A DNA stretch of 64,000 nt, taken from Phoronis australis (taxonomy: Eukaryota > Animalia > Phoronida). Positions 40,015-53,148 of this stretch are shown here, piece after piece (position 1 is the first letter of the stretch; each line of letters begins with the position of its first letter). The stretch is taken from positions 67,402 through 131,401 of the forward strand of contig NMRA01000143.1 of assembly GCA_002633005.1 (NCBI GenBank), given 5' to 3'. The notes beneath the pieces are model-generated. The model was not told the origin of the DNA and did not search any database. It worked only from the letters and a program-made list of their open reading frames with translations. The position numbers and the translations under genes were made by a program.

Positions 40015-40170
40015 TGTTCTGTATGTAACTTAGAATGTAAGGACACAGATGAGGGAATTCAACCATCCATTCAATGAGACAGATGATACGACTGGTTTCA
40101 TTTCAAATGTGAAAATGTTATTGAGGACAATCCACCTCCCTCTGAGGTGGAATGCTTTTGTCTAGCTTGG
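40015..40170 (+). pseudogene. PHD finger remnant
   Basis: Single frame reads CSVCNLECKDTDEGIQPSIQ*DR*YDWFHFKCENV...EVECFCLAW, the C4HC3 pattern with Cys3 and Cys4 as TGA (40075, 40084) and the last Cys as TGG. Confidence 0.75.
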
Positions 40171-43100
40171 TACTCCAGCATACAATCAAATGGATGACTT
40201 AAGATATTAATTACTTCAAAAACAAGACACTTGTTCATTTTTATTATGTGAAACTAACTGTTGCTCAACTGTTATCAAATATTAACTACTACTTGATGCA
40301 GAATATGTTAATGATTCTCAATGGTTGATTCACTTTTAATATACAGTATGTAAAATATGCGTTGCCCAGTATTATTCGGCTCAAATGCATCTTCCGTTTC
40401 TGATCATAGCCTTTAATTTACTATTGTAGGTATCCCTTTTGTACTTTTGTAAAGTTCTATCATAACAGCTAACGGTTTTGATTAAAAGATACATAAAATT
40501 CTGGCTTCAATCTATCAGGCTTCAAACTCCAACATGGCAGCACATCTCGAGTTGCCGATTCAAATGACTCAAGAACTATAATGAACATGGTGATGTTTTA
40601 AACTCCAAAGGACTTGGGTTAAGAATTCAGGGTTTACTACTAAACATTAGCAAAATGTTGTTTAATAATTACTGTTTATCTACAGGTATTTCACCAATCA
40701 TTGTAAAGCTTGATTTTCAATTGATTACAGTTCTTATTTTATTTTCAGATGGATAAGTTGTATTCTGTGTCACCTACTGGTCTTATTTATTATTTTTGCA
40801 TCAGTTTAGATGCCAGTTTATTTCCAAAGTGCTCAAATGTTGGAAAGTGTTGACAACACAACTGATGTTGTTTTTTAACATATTCTGCATCAATATTTGA
40901 TACCAATCACCATCCATTCTCAGTATTCAGTGTTGCTGTTGTTTTGGTGTAAATTATTTGTAATTATATTTTAGTATAAAAATATAATCTGTTTTGAGGT
41001 GATGGGTTGTTCATTTGGAAGGTGGTTGGTTGTTTTGAGCAATCACTGCTGAATGCATAACTTGAAGCCCTCTTTAGCATCATCCACAGAACAAGGAAAA
41101 GTATGTTGTTCAATAAAAACAAGTTTAACTTTATTTGAGATGTAAGTTAGAGGGGCATTCATTTATAAGCTACACCTATTTAATAACATGTTACCCATTG
41201 ACTTGCCATTCTCTCAGTCGTGTGCACGTAATTATTTGTATTGCAAAACTATTTTTTTTCTGAAAATGTACACTACAGTGGGCATAATTATCTTTCTAAA
41301 TAATAAAGTCTAATAATTGTAAAATATGTATTTCGAAATTTGTATTTGTACTCAAAATGTTGCAACAGGTTGAAAATTGTAAGTTGCACGTGGATAAGAC
41401 ACAGGGTTAAGTCAGATGTGGCGCATTTTGTGAACTAGTTTCTCCACTGAATAATAGGCATCAAACTGGTTCTCAAAAGTTAGGTTATGCCATATCCGAC
41501 TATGGTCCACTATTCAGTGTGTATGCGATTTTTATTTCAAAGTATTCAATGATCATTTTTATTCTTCCTCAGTTGTTTGAGACTTTGTTCTTCAGGTGTC
41601 TGCTTTGAATAAGTCTCATCAATGCTAACTAATATTGTATATCTAGAAATACAGATCCTTAAAGATTGTTCTTACGTGCCATGAAACAATGTAAAATAAA
41701 ATGAATCACCTGCAAACTACAAATCCTATGTTGTTTTCTCTGATGGTAAATACAATATGTCTTCTTACACCAAGTTTTATGGTGTTCAGAATGTTGAAAT
41801 TAGCCTACATGTGCATTCTATTTTTGACTTTAGGCTTCATTGCACACCATTTAGCTGTAAGAAATGAAATGCGACCTCGTTTTACGCTGATAAAATGTTT
41901 TTATAGTTTTTACCTTGATGGGATTACATTTCCATTCACCACGAAGAACTACCTTTCGAGAGGAAATATTGAGTCTAGGAAGTAGGACCGGTAGCGGTGA
42001 ACGTCCAAGTTGCCGCGGAGTGGCTGCTCCTTTTTTTAGTCGATAGTCGAATGGTAGATTTTCCTGACCGGAAGGTGCACCTCCGTGGGCTGGCTCCCTC
42101 ACCTTTTGGGCCGCTTACGCACATGCAATTGCCAATCACACCATCCACAATTTCCCGAGGCAACATGTTTGGCACCCCTTTATGGTATCATCCGCCACTG
42201 ATTAGTACGGCCAGTGATTTGCAAATTGATTTCTGTTCGCAGCACTGCATGTTATTGGGGCATTGACAAATTCAAAATCTGATTAGATGAACATGTTGTC
42301 TTCAAATGCAAGTATTGACAACCATGCGGTGTCAAATAAATATAACATCGGCTTTGTGACCGACTGTGTAAGACTGATGAATAGATTAAGTGTGCATTTT
42401 ACAAGCCAATTACTTATGTCGAAAGTTATATTAGGCAAAATGCGAGGCATATCATAAGCACAAAGGCCATATACTTGGAGTATTTTTGTTTACACCTTTA
42501 CAAATTATCAAAGAATACAACTGCAGTGTAATTTGAAAACAAAAATAAAACCGACCTCCGCAAGTGTTTACTTCCTATATAAAATACTCCTCCACGTGAA
42601 GACTCGGGTCATTCTATTAACGCGCAAGTCATCAAAACGCTATCTGGTCGCTAGATGTCGCGAGAGTAAAAAAAAAGGTAATTTTGCTACTGGGTCGCGT
42701 TTGCTCCGCGCACTGAGTGAGGTCATGCACTGCGTGAAAGTTCACAGAAAATTTATTCGGCCATATCATATGGTGCTACCATAATTGGACTTGAGGAGTA
42801 AACATGACACTGACTTGCAACGCAGTGCGGTGTGCAATTCTACTTTTTGTATATGCACCACGAGTCCTCTGGCTTCGTCACCGTGTCCTCTGCTGAGTAC
42901 AGCAGCCACTACCTGGAGTACCAGCACTGAAAGCACCAGTGTCGCAAGTACTCAGAATCTTTTTCCCGGCCCAAGTTTAATAAGTCGTACCTCTGGACTC
43001 CCACCCCAGCCTTACCGGATTGGGGTTTACACGTACAGGCAGGTGGTTGTATTAGAGAGATCGTTCCGTACATACAAGAACAGGGGTGATGCATCATACA

Positions 43101-43623
43101 ATCAAAAAAGAAAAATTCTGGCTGCTGTGACCATTTTTGCAGATGTCAAAAAGAAGTAAGTTTTATTTTGATTTCCTGGGAATAAAGTGATGAGATTGGG
43201 AGTTTTAAAATTATTATTGTCCTTTGTTTTGTATCATTGGTCACGTGACTGCATCTAATTCTCATCAATTCATGTTATTGTCAAAACTGAATTGTTGCAA
43301 ACTTTCCTCAGTTCACTTTAATGACCCTCATTGCAAAGCAGGTGACTTTCTCAGTGATTGAAAGCAAAACAATATCCATGATTAGTTTCCAATAAAACAG
43401 TATGCGAATCATAGGTTTGAAATCTTTTGATTTCAGGACAAGCTGAACATAGACTATTTTAAAGATGCCACGTCTCATTAAAACCATGAAGATTTGAATT
43501 TTAGCAACCGCCACCTAATGACTTCATGGAGAAATGGGTGTACAGAAAAAGAAACAATTGTTAAACAATTTAAAACATTAAAGCTAAAACAACAAGCGTC
43601 AGTACTAAAATATATTTAAATAT

Positions 43624-43656
43624 CCTATATTTCGAGCAATGCGCTCTTTGTCAAGG
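43624..43656 (-). ncRNA. Penelope-type minimal type-I hammerhead ribozyme (U3-A8 variant)
   Basis: - strand reads CC-TTGACAA-A-GAGC-GCATT-GCTC-GAA-ATAT-A-GG: 4-bp stem II, palindromic ATAT stem III, 2-bp stem I. A weak GIY-YIG-like tail (ELIYKL..FP) lies upstream at ~43975-44015. Confidence 0.5.
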
Positions 43657-45419
43657 GTGTGCTATAGACTGCTGAGTACATGTAGATGGATTTAAAATAA
43701 AATGGCACAGGAGACCACATAGCAACATACAATTGACAATTTGCTGTTTTAAAGAAAACAGTGCAACTGAAAGCTTAAAAGCAAATGTGAACATAAAAAA
43801 CCCAATAATTTCAAATATAATGCAGTTGTTATTTGATAGTGAAATATTAAAATATTATAAACTGTTCCTTGTTTCATTTGGGCAACAATGAAATTTGCAT
43901 AAAAATAGTCTCGCAAAACGAGACTTTTGTGATATTGTAATGGTAACTCGTTCTGGGATGGTTTCCGGTACATTGATATGGGAAGACCCAGGGTAGTTTG
44001 TAAATTAGTTCTTCATTTGCATATTCACAATTTAATGAGACGATGTATCTTTAAAGTATGTAGTTCGAGGTGTTTGTACCAAAATGCAACTTGACGTGCA
44101 ACTTTTCTTTGAATTGCATATTTAAGTACTTAGTACGAAAATAGACAAAGGATATGTACACAACACCCATTTAAGTGCATGACTTGACTTTAAGTGAAGC
44201 ATGCTTGCGCATGAGTATGCCTTCAGGATGAAAGGACCTGAAAGAAAGTTTTTATTGAAAAAGTAAATGTTCTCAATGGATGAACTTTCAATTTTAGTAA
44301 TACAGTACTAAATCAGTGTTGTTCTTGTGATTTCCTAACTTCTGTTTTTCTATTTAGGCTTGGCATCCTTCTTCCAGTACAGCAGAAGTGCAGAGATTGA
44401 GGTAATTTACTGTACCTACACCATTCCTTCTTGCCATTTCTGCGCAAGCTGGATAATTCCATTCGAGAAGAGTTCCTAGGTAACCATAGACACAAAATCG
44501 TAAAGGTGAGCATATGACAGTTTTAAAATAAGAGATTAAATCATGCCGCAATTCAACCTGTCCCTGCCTCCTTATGTTAGATTATGTGAGACTACACCTG
44601 TAGGTGGTAAAAGAGTGAACATATACATTCACTAGAATATCAAGCCTGTCACGGTAGTGCTTGATTTAGAAATGAGATTTAAAGTTTTGGGGTTTCCAAG
44701 TAATGCTAGATTTCGGAATGACCTGTTATGTTCACTAGTCCTGCTTGTGGGTCCAAATCGTGTTGCCGATACATCATCACTAAACATTCTAATTGTATGC
44801 CTCTAGATACCCTCTGGTGACAATGGGTGTGACAATTACAAAGTCAAGCCGGACATTTTCGATGTACATGTGATTGGCGACTTTGTAAGAACAATTCTTG
44901 TTGTAAATATACCAATCCACATATTCGTGGTTTCCTCAGAGGAGAGGCAGGAAGAAGCTTTGAAAGCAGAAGTATGCGAACAAAAGGTGGGTGTGCGTGA
45001 TAAACTTTATCGTCAGGTAGCAGTTTATAAAACGTGAATTAAATTGATGTGTATCATATCATTTGCTAAAATTGTCCAAATCATTTTCTGTGGTCTGTTT
45101 CTAAATTTGTGTAGCAATTGTCCTTGTAGTGTTGTACAGCACAATAGAATACACATGTACTTTAAGAGTTATCGTTGTTGCATTTTCCAGATCTATGAAC
45201 GTCACAACCATTATGATATCACATTAACTTAGCTAATGTTAAACAACAAAATCAGTCAACATAATGCAAAGTACACCGTATATTTGCACACAGAGAGGTG
45301 CTATTCGAACCAAAAATGGCACTAGTAAAATACTTGTAACAGTCTTATCATATTCAGAGCACTGGTAGGCATGTTACTACTGTGACTATGTCATGTGAAT
45401 AAGTACATTGTTGTGTCCC

Positions 45420-45689
45420 TCAGTCCTTCTTTTGCTTTTTCTTGAGTGGAATCTCATGGGTTGCAACAATACCTCTGACCTCTCTCTGCAGTTTCTTTGT
45501 CAGTACGGCATGTGGAAAATTTGCTGATGGCAGTTTTCTACTTGATATACACTTGTATTGGCTATAAAAAGTTTCAACAGCACTACCCTTTAACTGCAGT
45601 GGGGAAATGTAGTACCCTGGATGTCTGGTGTGAAAATCCTGGCACAAGGCTTTGAACGAGAATACACAAATTTTTAGGAGATTGTATGT
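45420..45689 (-). pseudogene. Terminal exon of a P-element-related transposase (tentative)
   Basis: After acceptor TTTCCTTTCAG: TYNLLKICVFSFKALCQDFHTRHPGYYISPLQLKGSAVETFYSQYKCISSRKLPSANF. This resembles the helix carrying the third catalytic Glu (..S.VE.xFS) of P/THAP9-like transposases. Confidence 0.55.
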
Positions 45690-46275
45690 CTGAAAGGAAA
45701 CAATGAAAACACACTTGAATTTGCTGTTGAATTATGCAACTTCCAGCAGCGTCCTCAAATTGGACTTAACACAGGCTGAAGTGTGCATAACTTCCCGATG
45801 CTTTACATATGTAGCAGTAATTGTAGCTATCAACTGGAATTCAAAAAAGGCAAGGTTGCCTGTACGCAATTTAAGGTAAAACAGTAGCTTGTTCATTAGC
45901 AATTTTCACTTGTAGAATGATTTTTGTTTTCTGAGGTCATGTATATCTGAATTTGTGTGTAATTCCTTATCTCTGTGATTGCTAGGCCAAATTACTGAAA
46001 TACGTGCTTATAAAGTTGGTTGAAAATTGTCTTATGTTTTTAAGAACAAGTTTTGTAGCGAAAATGATCCGCCATATTCAGTAAGTATCGTGACGTGCTA
46101 TTTGAGCCCGCGAGGTATGTCATTTGTGCAAAAGGTCACCTATTTGCAGATTTTTTGTTTTCACATTTACAAGGTGTCAGTGAATACAGCTGCACTTTGT
46201 TGATATTCAAAATGCATTGTTGTTTAGTTCCTGTAATACTTTAGCGCAATTGGGACCATGCAATTACATCTTTAA

Positions 46276-47207
46276 ACAGTACACACCATGGATTTTTGCA
46301 CATTTTGAATTACTGGTGGCCACAGCTAAACCCATGTTTATTTTGTGTAATTAGCTCGAAATTTTGATTTTTCTTTCAATTTTGCCAATTTTCACATTTC
46401 CCGCCATGTGACGTCATGGGTTGAACACAAGAGATCAGTGACTAGCATAGAACAATGGCGGAGAGCAGGGAATTTGGAAGCGACGACGATTATGAGCAAG
46501 AATTGAACGAATACTATGAAGAAACGTACGGGAATGGTGGCCAGGATGAGGAAATGGGGTTGCACGAAAGCGAGAACAAGTTTAATGTGTTTCGGGCTGC
46601 GTACTTTTCTACTTTTAGCCTTACGAACTGGATCCTCCCGCGAGAGAAGCGGCCTCGGGCTCGGCGAGTCAACCCAGTCATCCAACAGTCGATCCTGAAT
46701 TAAGAGCTGATGTTTATGAATGATAAATATTGTCCTTTATTGAACCAGGCCTTCATCGTAACGTCTCCTGTGACTGGAGTCAAAACACGAGTCCTCAAAG
46801 TGGGCAGAACATGGCCCCGGACCGAATCGCTTGGTCCACGATGACGTCCCACACTCTCGTTCGGCGCACGAAGCGATGCCACTTCTGCGCAACTTTGGTG
46901 TCCTTCGGAACACCGAGACGTTCTCCGCCTGGCTGCTGTTGCTGCAGCCTCCGGAAACACATTTTTTGATTCCTCTACGAACCTTCTCGACGCTAAATGT
47001 ACTTTGCTTTCTCTTCACTCTATACACTTTGTCTCTGATCCGAACAGTATGGCGAACGACTTGGGTTCAACCCATGACGTTGTACATAATTATTATTTTT
47101 TCAATTCTTGCTTGTTTCTTTATGACCTGTGCACTAAAGGCACTAAAATCTAGTAAGATATAATAATAAAATTCATTTTGAGGTACTAGAGTCATGTTGT
47201 GTACACT
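46276..47207. mobile_element. Kolobok internal-deletion derivative (932 bp)
   Basis: TTAA on both sides (46272-46275, 47208-47211); TIRs ACAGTACACACCATG vs AGTGTACACAACATG (12/15). Frameshifted THAP domain on - (CVSGGCSN..VSVF / PKDTKVAQKWHRFVRRTR / CSAHFEDSCF) converges on an acidic N-terminus with PYELDP on +. Confidence 0.8.
46737..46965 (-). pseudogene. THAP DNA-binding domain remnant
   Basis: C-x4-C..FP..W..C-x2-H-F signature spread over two frames. Confidence 0.75.
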
Positions 47208-48359
47208 TTAAGAGGTTTAAGAAAATTTTGCGACCAGGATATTCGTCAGAAGAAATGAGCACTAGTGTGCCTCCATGAATCCTTTTCAATAAGCCACCAA
47301 TTACTTATAATGTTAAGTTTTGAAGTATACCCTGACTGGAATAAAGTGACTCGTTTCAAAACCTGACTCAAAGGGGTGCTTGAATTGTATACCAGAGAGG
47401 CTTACAGAATGAATACCTAAAGAATACCCACTGAAGAAACAGTCATTTATTTCTTATTCAAAGCAAAGGTATCTAAAGAGTAATCGAATTTTGAAAAATA
47501 AACCTGTCAATACATTACAAAACTTAGAGAAAACCATATCCTATCAATTCAGCCCCAAACTCGACAAAAACCTTTCCCAATTCGATGCCAAAATTGGTGA
47601 AAATCACCCGTTTAATCGGCACGTCACCCACCCACACCATGGAATCTCATTCAGATACTGAATGGCCCTTGTTCTAAACACCAAATTTTGTAAGAAGCTT
47701 TTGGTTCTCAAATCATATTATACTATAATAATAAAATAGATACTAGTACATACCTATTTCAATAAGCCACACATTATTTAATACGATTATGTGTATTGTA
47801 TATCCATTTCCGTTTTGAGTTACAAAATGAGTCCTTGTTTTTAAAGTGACTTGAAAAAGATATTTCAGAGTCGAGCGCTAGTGGATAAACCGGTGAAGTA
47901 CCGCTGAGAGCACGCGCTGATTTTAAAAGATACCACAGCGAACAATCATCGCTTCGCAATCAGGAGGTGAAAACACTCCCATGACCGCAGTTCTAAATTC
48001 CAGCTAAGCAAGCCCTATTTCGAGGTGCGGACTTTGAATTGTTTCTATACCCTGACAGTGGGTTGCAGAGAAGTTTAGAACGAGGTCAACATCGAACATT
48101 CAGAGGCAAGCTGTCGTGTTGACAAAAGTTTGAAGTGTCAGAACCATAGACTGAGCGCGCGAGAGGTCTATGATTCCTGTTTGACGAAAAAATTGCTGTC
48201 GGCATAAACAACGACCGTGGGAAATTCATTTTGAGGTGGACACCTGTATCCAAGAATAAATATTATATGGACAGCAAACAAACGCAATAGTTTGAAAGCT
48301 TCTAATTGTGTAGATAGATATTATAATACTATGCATTTTTCATTAATTTATTACTTACG

Positions 48360-49219
48360 GTTTCGCTCCTGGTCTTCAAAGAAAGCAATCTTTAAAGCTT
48401 CCTTTTTCTCCGTGTACTCCTCGATATCCTTCCCGTCGCACTCATCTATGAATTCAGTCAGATTTTCAACGGAAAATTTAACGTCTTTAATAAACGATAG
48501 CTCAACACTGGGTTTTCTCAAGCTCAACTGTCAAATCATTTGCTAGTTGTACTCTGTAATATCTCACCCTCCGCGTTTCGTTTCTTTGGGAGGTTGCGGT
48601 ATCGTGAAACAACGCCGTCGAGTGAGAGAAGTTGTACCGGATAATTGGAATTGGTTGCAGTACTTTCCTTTAGAGTGCCCTGACTGCCGTTTTCTTGGCA
48701 AGTCACTTTGCCTTCCTAAATTTTCTGGGCATTTAAGACATCGGCCTTCTGCGGTAATCAACCTTTCATCTGCTATACAAATGTTACGCCTAATTTTTTA
48801 TCATTTTAGCACACTTTGTGGCTCTCAAGCATATCCCGGGCCTGCTGTAAGTCTAACGTTAGATGTTTCGGCAAAAATCGCGCACAGCTACAGTTAGCTC
48901 TGTCATAATCGTATTTCTTACTTCCGCCCCAGTATGCATACTTGGAAGTTAGTTTTGCTAGGTGTTCTCCCAAATTAATCCAAAATAGTTGTTCATTATT
49001 AAATGCCTCATTTCCTCCCCAAGGACAGTTCCGTCAACACAAAACGTTTCCTTGTCATTCTTCAAAATTCGTGTACATGCGCTTGCTTCAAACGACCAGT
49101 AGCCGTGGCTGGAATGTCGGCAGCTTCACGACTAAGACTACAGCTAACTCCTGTTGAAATTCTTCATACTTCAAAACTCTTGTTTGCAGGTGCTCATAAT
49201 TGCCTTCAATAGTTTTCAT
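48360..49219 (-). pseudogene. Decayed coding exon of unknown family
   Basis: Protein-like stretches (MKTIEGNYEHLQTRVLKYEEFQQEL; SFIKDVKFSVENLTEFIDECDGKDIEEYTEKKEALKIAFFEDQERN) end at a donor C|GTAAGT; several stops and at least one frameshift. Confidence 0.3.
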
Positions 49220-49372
49220 AATAAGAGACTAGAAATCCGAGTTATCACACACGCCCACTGGCCTGCTGCTGCCTTCCATTTTCACTGCATGACAGCATTT
49301 TCCCGTTCGTTATCTCTTCCTGGTGACATTTAAGTGACCACCTTTTTCGCGTTTTTATTGACAAATTATTAA

Positions 49373-49593
49373 AGGGGCCGCTCACGAAGAGAGGACCCAA
49401 TGTTGGAATTCAGTGATTACCTCTATTTTCCTGTTTTTTGTGAAATCGCACAACCGGCTTTCATATTGAGGAATGTCATTTCTTGCTGGGTTACACGACG
49501 TGTAAAAGAATCAACTGTCACTCTTTCCCAAGCTTAATGATTTTTAGTCTTTCATTCCATTTTAGACGGGGTCCTCTCTCGGTGGGGCGGTTC
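49373..49593. mobile_element. Small MITE
   Basis: CCGCTCACGAAGAGAGGACCC (~49378-49398) is inverted relative to GGGTCCTCTCTCGGTGGGGCGG (~49569-49590). Confidence 0.5.
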
Positions 49594-51915
49594 GGGAGAA
49601 TTGACCTTTTGGTCAATGGGCAGTGCACCATAGGGCGCTGGGAGGGGAGGGCTATAGCCCCACTTTTTTCAGTGCTACGCTGCATATGGTCTATAGGCGG
49701 TGCACTACGGGGGGACTGAGGGGGTTTTAGCCCCNCCCACTTTTTTCAGTGCTGCGCCCTCTATACACCTCCGACATGACTCTGCCAACTACTCACGAGG
49801 GGAAGTTGAGATTCCAAATTCATCAAAAACACAAAACATTAGCGCACAGCACAGAAGCTACCTTGTAAGAAATGACGATGCAAGTCACTGAACTTAGTTG
49901 AAGGCTGACTTGGGAAAATTCGACCATTCATCTGACCACCATATCGCAATGAAGTACACCAACGATAACAGTGAGAAGTTCATGAATGTCGAGCAGCTCT
50001 AAATGCTTTATTGAATTAAAAACTAGACTAGTGAAATTTTAAAAAATGCAAACCGTAGATCGAAAAAGAAGTTCAAGTCATTGCTCATAAATTTGTAAAG
50101 ATTGTCTTTGCACTTCCTTGTCCCAGTAGTATTGTGCAATGAATTTTGGTTCTTCTAAACCGAATCGTTTGCTTGCCATTCCCGTGCATACTGCACAGGC
50201 TGGGCACGTCATGACTCAGTGACGTAGCCACGTTAAAAATAAGGTGTAGTCATGCATTAGGCCGGCGTTGAAGTGTGTACATTTTTGGGACAACGTTCAT
50301 TTCCCCAGCCGCCCGGCAGAAGCTGGACAAGTGGCCGTGTTTCAACAAGAAATTTTGATGAGCTCTATAGGCCAAGGACTTCTGGGACCATACCTTTCAA
50401 AAAAATCTTCAGGGATTAACCCTATTAAAATGAACTTTTCCCGAAACTGGGGATCAAAAAACGATCTTTGGAGCCAGAACACGGGTATATGTTAAGCCGC
50501 ACGTCCCAAATGAATCATAGCGGTGCTGACCAGCGACTAGCATTAGTTCATAGAATTGCACGTACATGGATCAGACTTCCCGGGGACCGCCACGACACCG
50601 ACCACCGTGGCTTAGGGCTAACGCTACTGAATTTCTGCTTCTAAATCTGGATTTAAGCAAAATGACAAAGTCCACGCATACACACATGCAAACGTATCCA
50701 AATACAATTAAATGTATTTTCATGTGAAACTATACTCAATGTTCTTTGAACTTGGGTGAGTTCTTAGTTTTCTTGGAATCATATAGGTATACCCGATCAG
50801 GTAGACTACTGCGTTTCAAGTCATACACTATAGACCCTATTCACGCGGCGGCCATTAAGATCCAAAGCGAGGCTCACTGCGATAAACAAAGCGAAAGTAG
50901 ACATTGGGTGAGTTAAATAGCCGGTCTTTCGAGTCCAACCTGGATAGTAAATTTTAATGATGTGTCGACAATTAACCACAGAGACGTAGAAAATTACATT
51001 AGAGAACAAGTTTAGACGCCAAAGAGTTGTCTGACGAAAGGGTTTAAATTTTTTCGGAAAACTAGGTTCGAAACATGAAAAGTAAATATGACCAAATTGC
51101 GGCGATCGTAGTGTTACGGATTAGTATGCTGAATGCAGGGTTAGGTTTTTTTCTTGTAAATTGTTGATCAAAATACTGTCTACGCGGACCAGGTCATCTG
51201 CTCGTATTGTTGACGAGTTGAAGACATACATGTATTCGACAGTGGTGTCTGTCATGTGCAATTAGTCACATTTGGTTTAATTTGTTGATCAAGAATATTA
51301 ACATCAAGCATAGCCTGATCCTATGCTTTCACTGGGACTAACAGTTGATTTGTCATTGGTCTGAAAGAATAATCGATGTTATTAAATATATTTTTATTAA
51401 AATAAAAAACCGGGCTCGTAATTGAAAATAAAAATTATTTGACCATCAATGCTTTCTTGGTTGTAATAATTCTTACGTCTATTTCATGTATTAGATTTCA
51501 AATATCAATCTGGACCAAGTTGAATTTTAAAATTAAAACACCTAATTCGTTCGTCCAAAACATAACATCGTTTTAGAACTCAAGTTCAGTTAACTGGACA
51601 ATGCAATCATAGTTATCATGTTTCTGCAGAAGCCTCTTTCATCCAAGGGGAACGTCCGGGTGCCAGTGCCTACTGAGAGGCGATTTTTTCGCCGAGTGAG
51701 GGCGGGAACAATCTACCTCCCGATCACCATCAATAGCACCCCGCCCTGTTGCAAGCTCTCATAGGCTCTGCCTCAATTTAAAGTAGCCTTTTGTGCTCTT
51801 AAAAATTGTCACCTGTGTGGTTACAGGTGATGTAAACTCAGAGAGTTTTTTCACTAGGGGAATTTTTATGCCTCGTGGGGGGGAATTTCGCGTGATATTT
51901 CAAATATGTTTGAGA

Positions 51916-51936
51916 NNNNNNNNNNNNNNNNNNNNN
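51916..51936. other. Assembly gap (21 N); single Ns also at 2785, 18981 and 49735
   Basis: Run of N in the sequence. Confidence 1.
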
Positions 51937-53148
51937 TTTTAAGGTCAAAATGACCCACTTCGCACCCTTACACCCCAAATCTTCCGGGAAATAGCTGTTA
52001 CACTACGGTCACGCATCCACTCACCCGGCGACTCAATGAGTGACATGTCGGTCTTACCGAAAAAATTCTCGAACGTTTTTAGCAGATGAGGCCAGCAAGT
52101 GCTAAGTCGTAAATATTAAAACACGCTCTGCTTGACTGCTTGACTTATTTTTTTTGGATACAATGCACACCTAGATCATTACATTACTCTGGCAAATGAA
52201 CTCTGATGACAAGCACACGCACGCTTACTCTCACACACACGCATACAAACTTCAAAACAAACGTCACGTGACAACAACATGTGTTCCCACAGAGATTTTT
52301 CTCGGGTTGCGTGCTACAATCTAGCGTAGATTTGGACTTAATCTGCAGTTAATCCAGACTTCACAAGAACTTAAAAATCTTAGAGACGCTATTTGGAAAA
52401 CTTGAGGAGGATTTCAGGTAATTTGTTGAGTCAAAGCTGTATTCTTATTTAAGAATTCAAGCCCTATCGACGATTGCGAGACCAGCAGCTACGCATTTGT
52501 CGGCAAGATTTCGCCCTGGAACTTCAACACAATATTATGAAAAATGATCACAATTTAACAACGAATTTTGATAGCAATGTACCACAATTTTGTAGAAAGT
52601 AAATAAAATGTTCTGCACGCTTTATCTTAGCGCGTAATACATATAGTGTGTATACGTTAAGTGAGTCGACCCAGAACAGGTGATTGTGTGGAGGCATTAT
52701 CCTCAAAATTGCTCATGTTGGCTTGGTTCTGGTCAAGCGAAAACAAGTTTTTTTTCACTACCAACCGCCGTGGAGAATTTGTTACTGTTTCTTTGAAGGG
52801 AGATATTGTTGGGCAGTTTCTGAGATACGTTTTCTTGCCGCCCTCAAAATGAGCGCTGCATGCTTTATGCTACGATCGAAGTCGGAAAGAATTCACGAAG
52901 TCGGCCTTTGCTACCAGCTCTACCGATGTCTCTGACCCATGTTTAACGCAGTTCTTGATCCTTGGGAAACAGGTACTAACTAAATTTTTTTATCTCGCTA
53001 ACTGGTATTATAGCATGCCAGGCTCACAACACGTATAACCTCCCTGTGGCCGGTTCGCCCCCTCGCTTGCCGACGTACTTGTTTACCGGCTTAACCGCAA
53101 TGCAACATTCTGACCCATTTCCAATATGGCGGCGTTGCAACTCCGCTA
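51937..53148 (+). mobile_element. Second copy of the 1591-4055 TIR element (left part lost in the gap)
   Basis: Colinear with 2373-4055 minus the nested MITE; ends with the same GTTGCAACTCCGCTA. Confidence 0.8.

Larger units (their letters stand above)
37965..42715. mobile_element. ~4.7-kb decayed DNA transposon with ~65-bp TIRs
   Basis: GCAAACGCGACCCAGTCGCAAAATTACCTTTTTACTCTCGCGACATCTAGCGCCCAGAT (37981-38039) is the reverse complement of ~42643-42704 apart from two substitutions and poly-A length. No TSD seen. Contains a PHD remnant. Confidence 0.65.

Noticed and set aside
50805-50850. Second Penelope-type hammerhead (minus strand)
   Set aside because: Stem II and GAAAC are present, but the CUGANGA core reads GTGAATA; too degraded to call.
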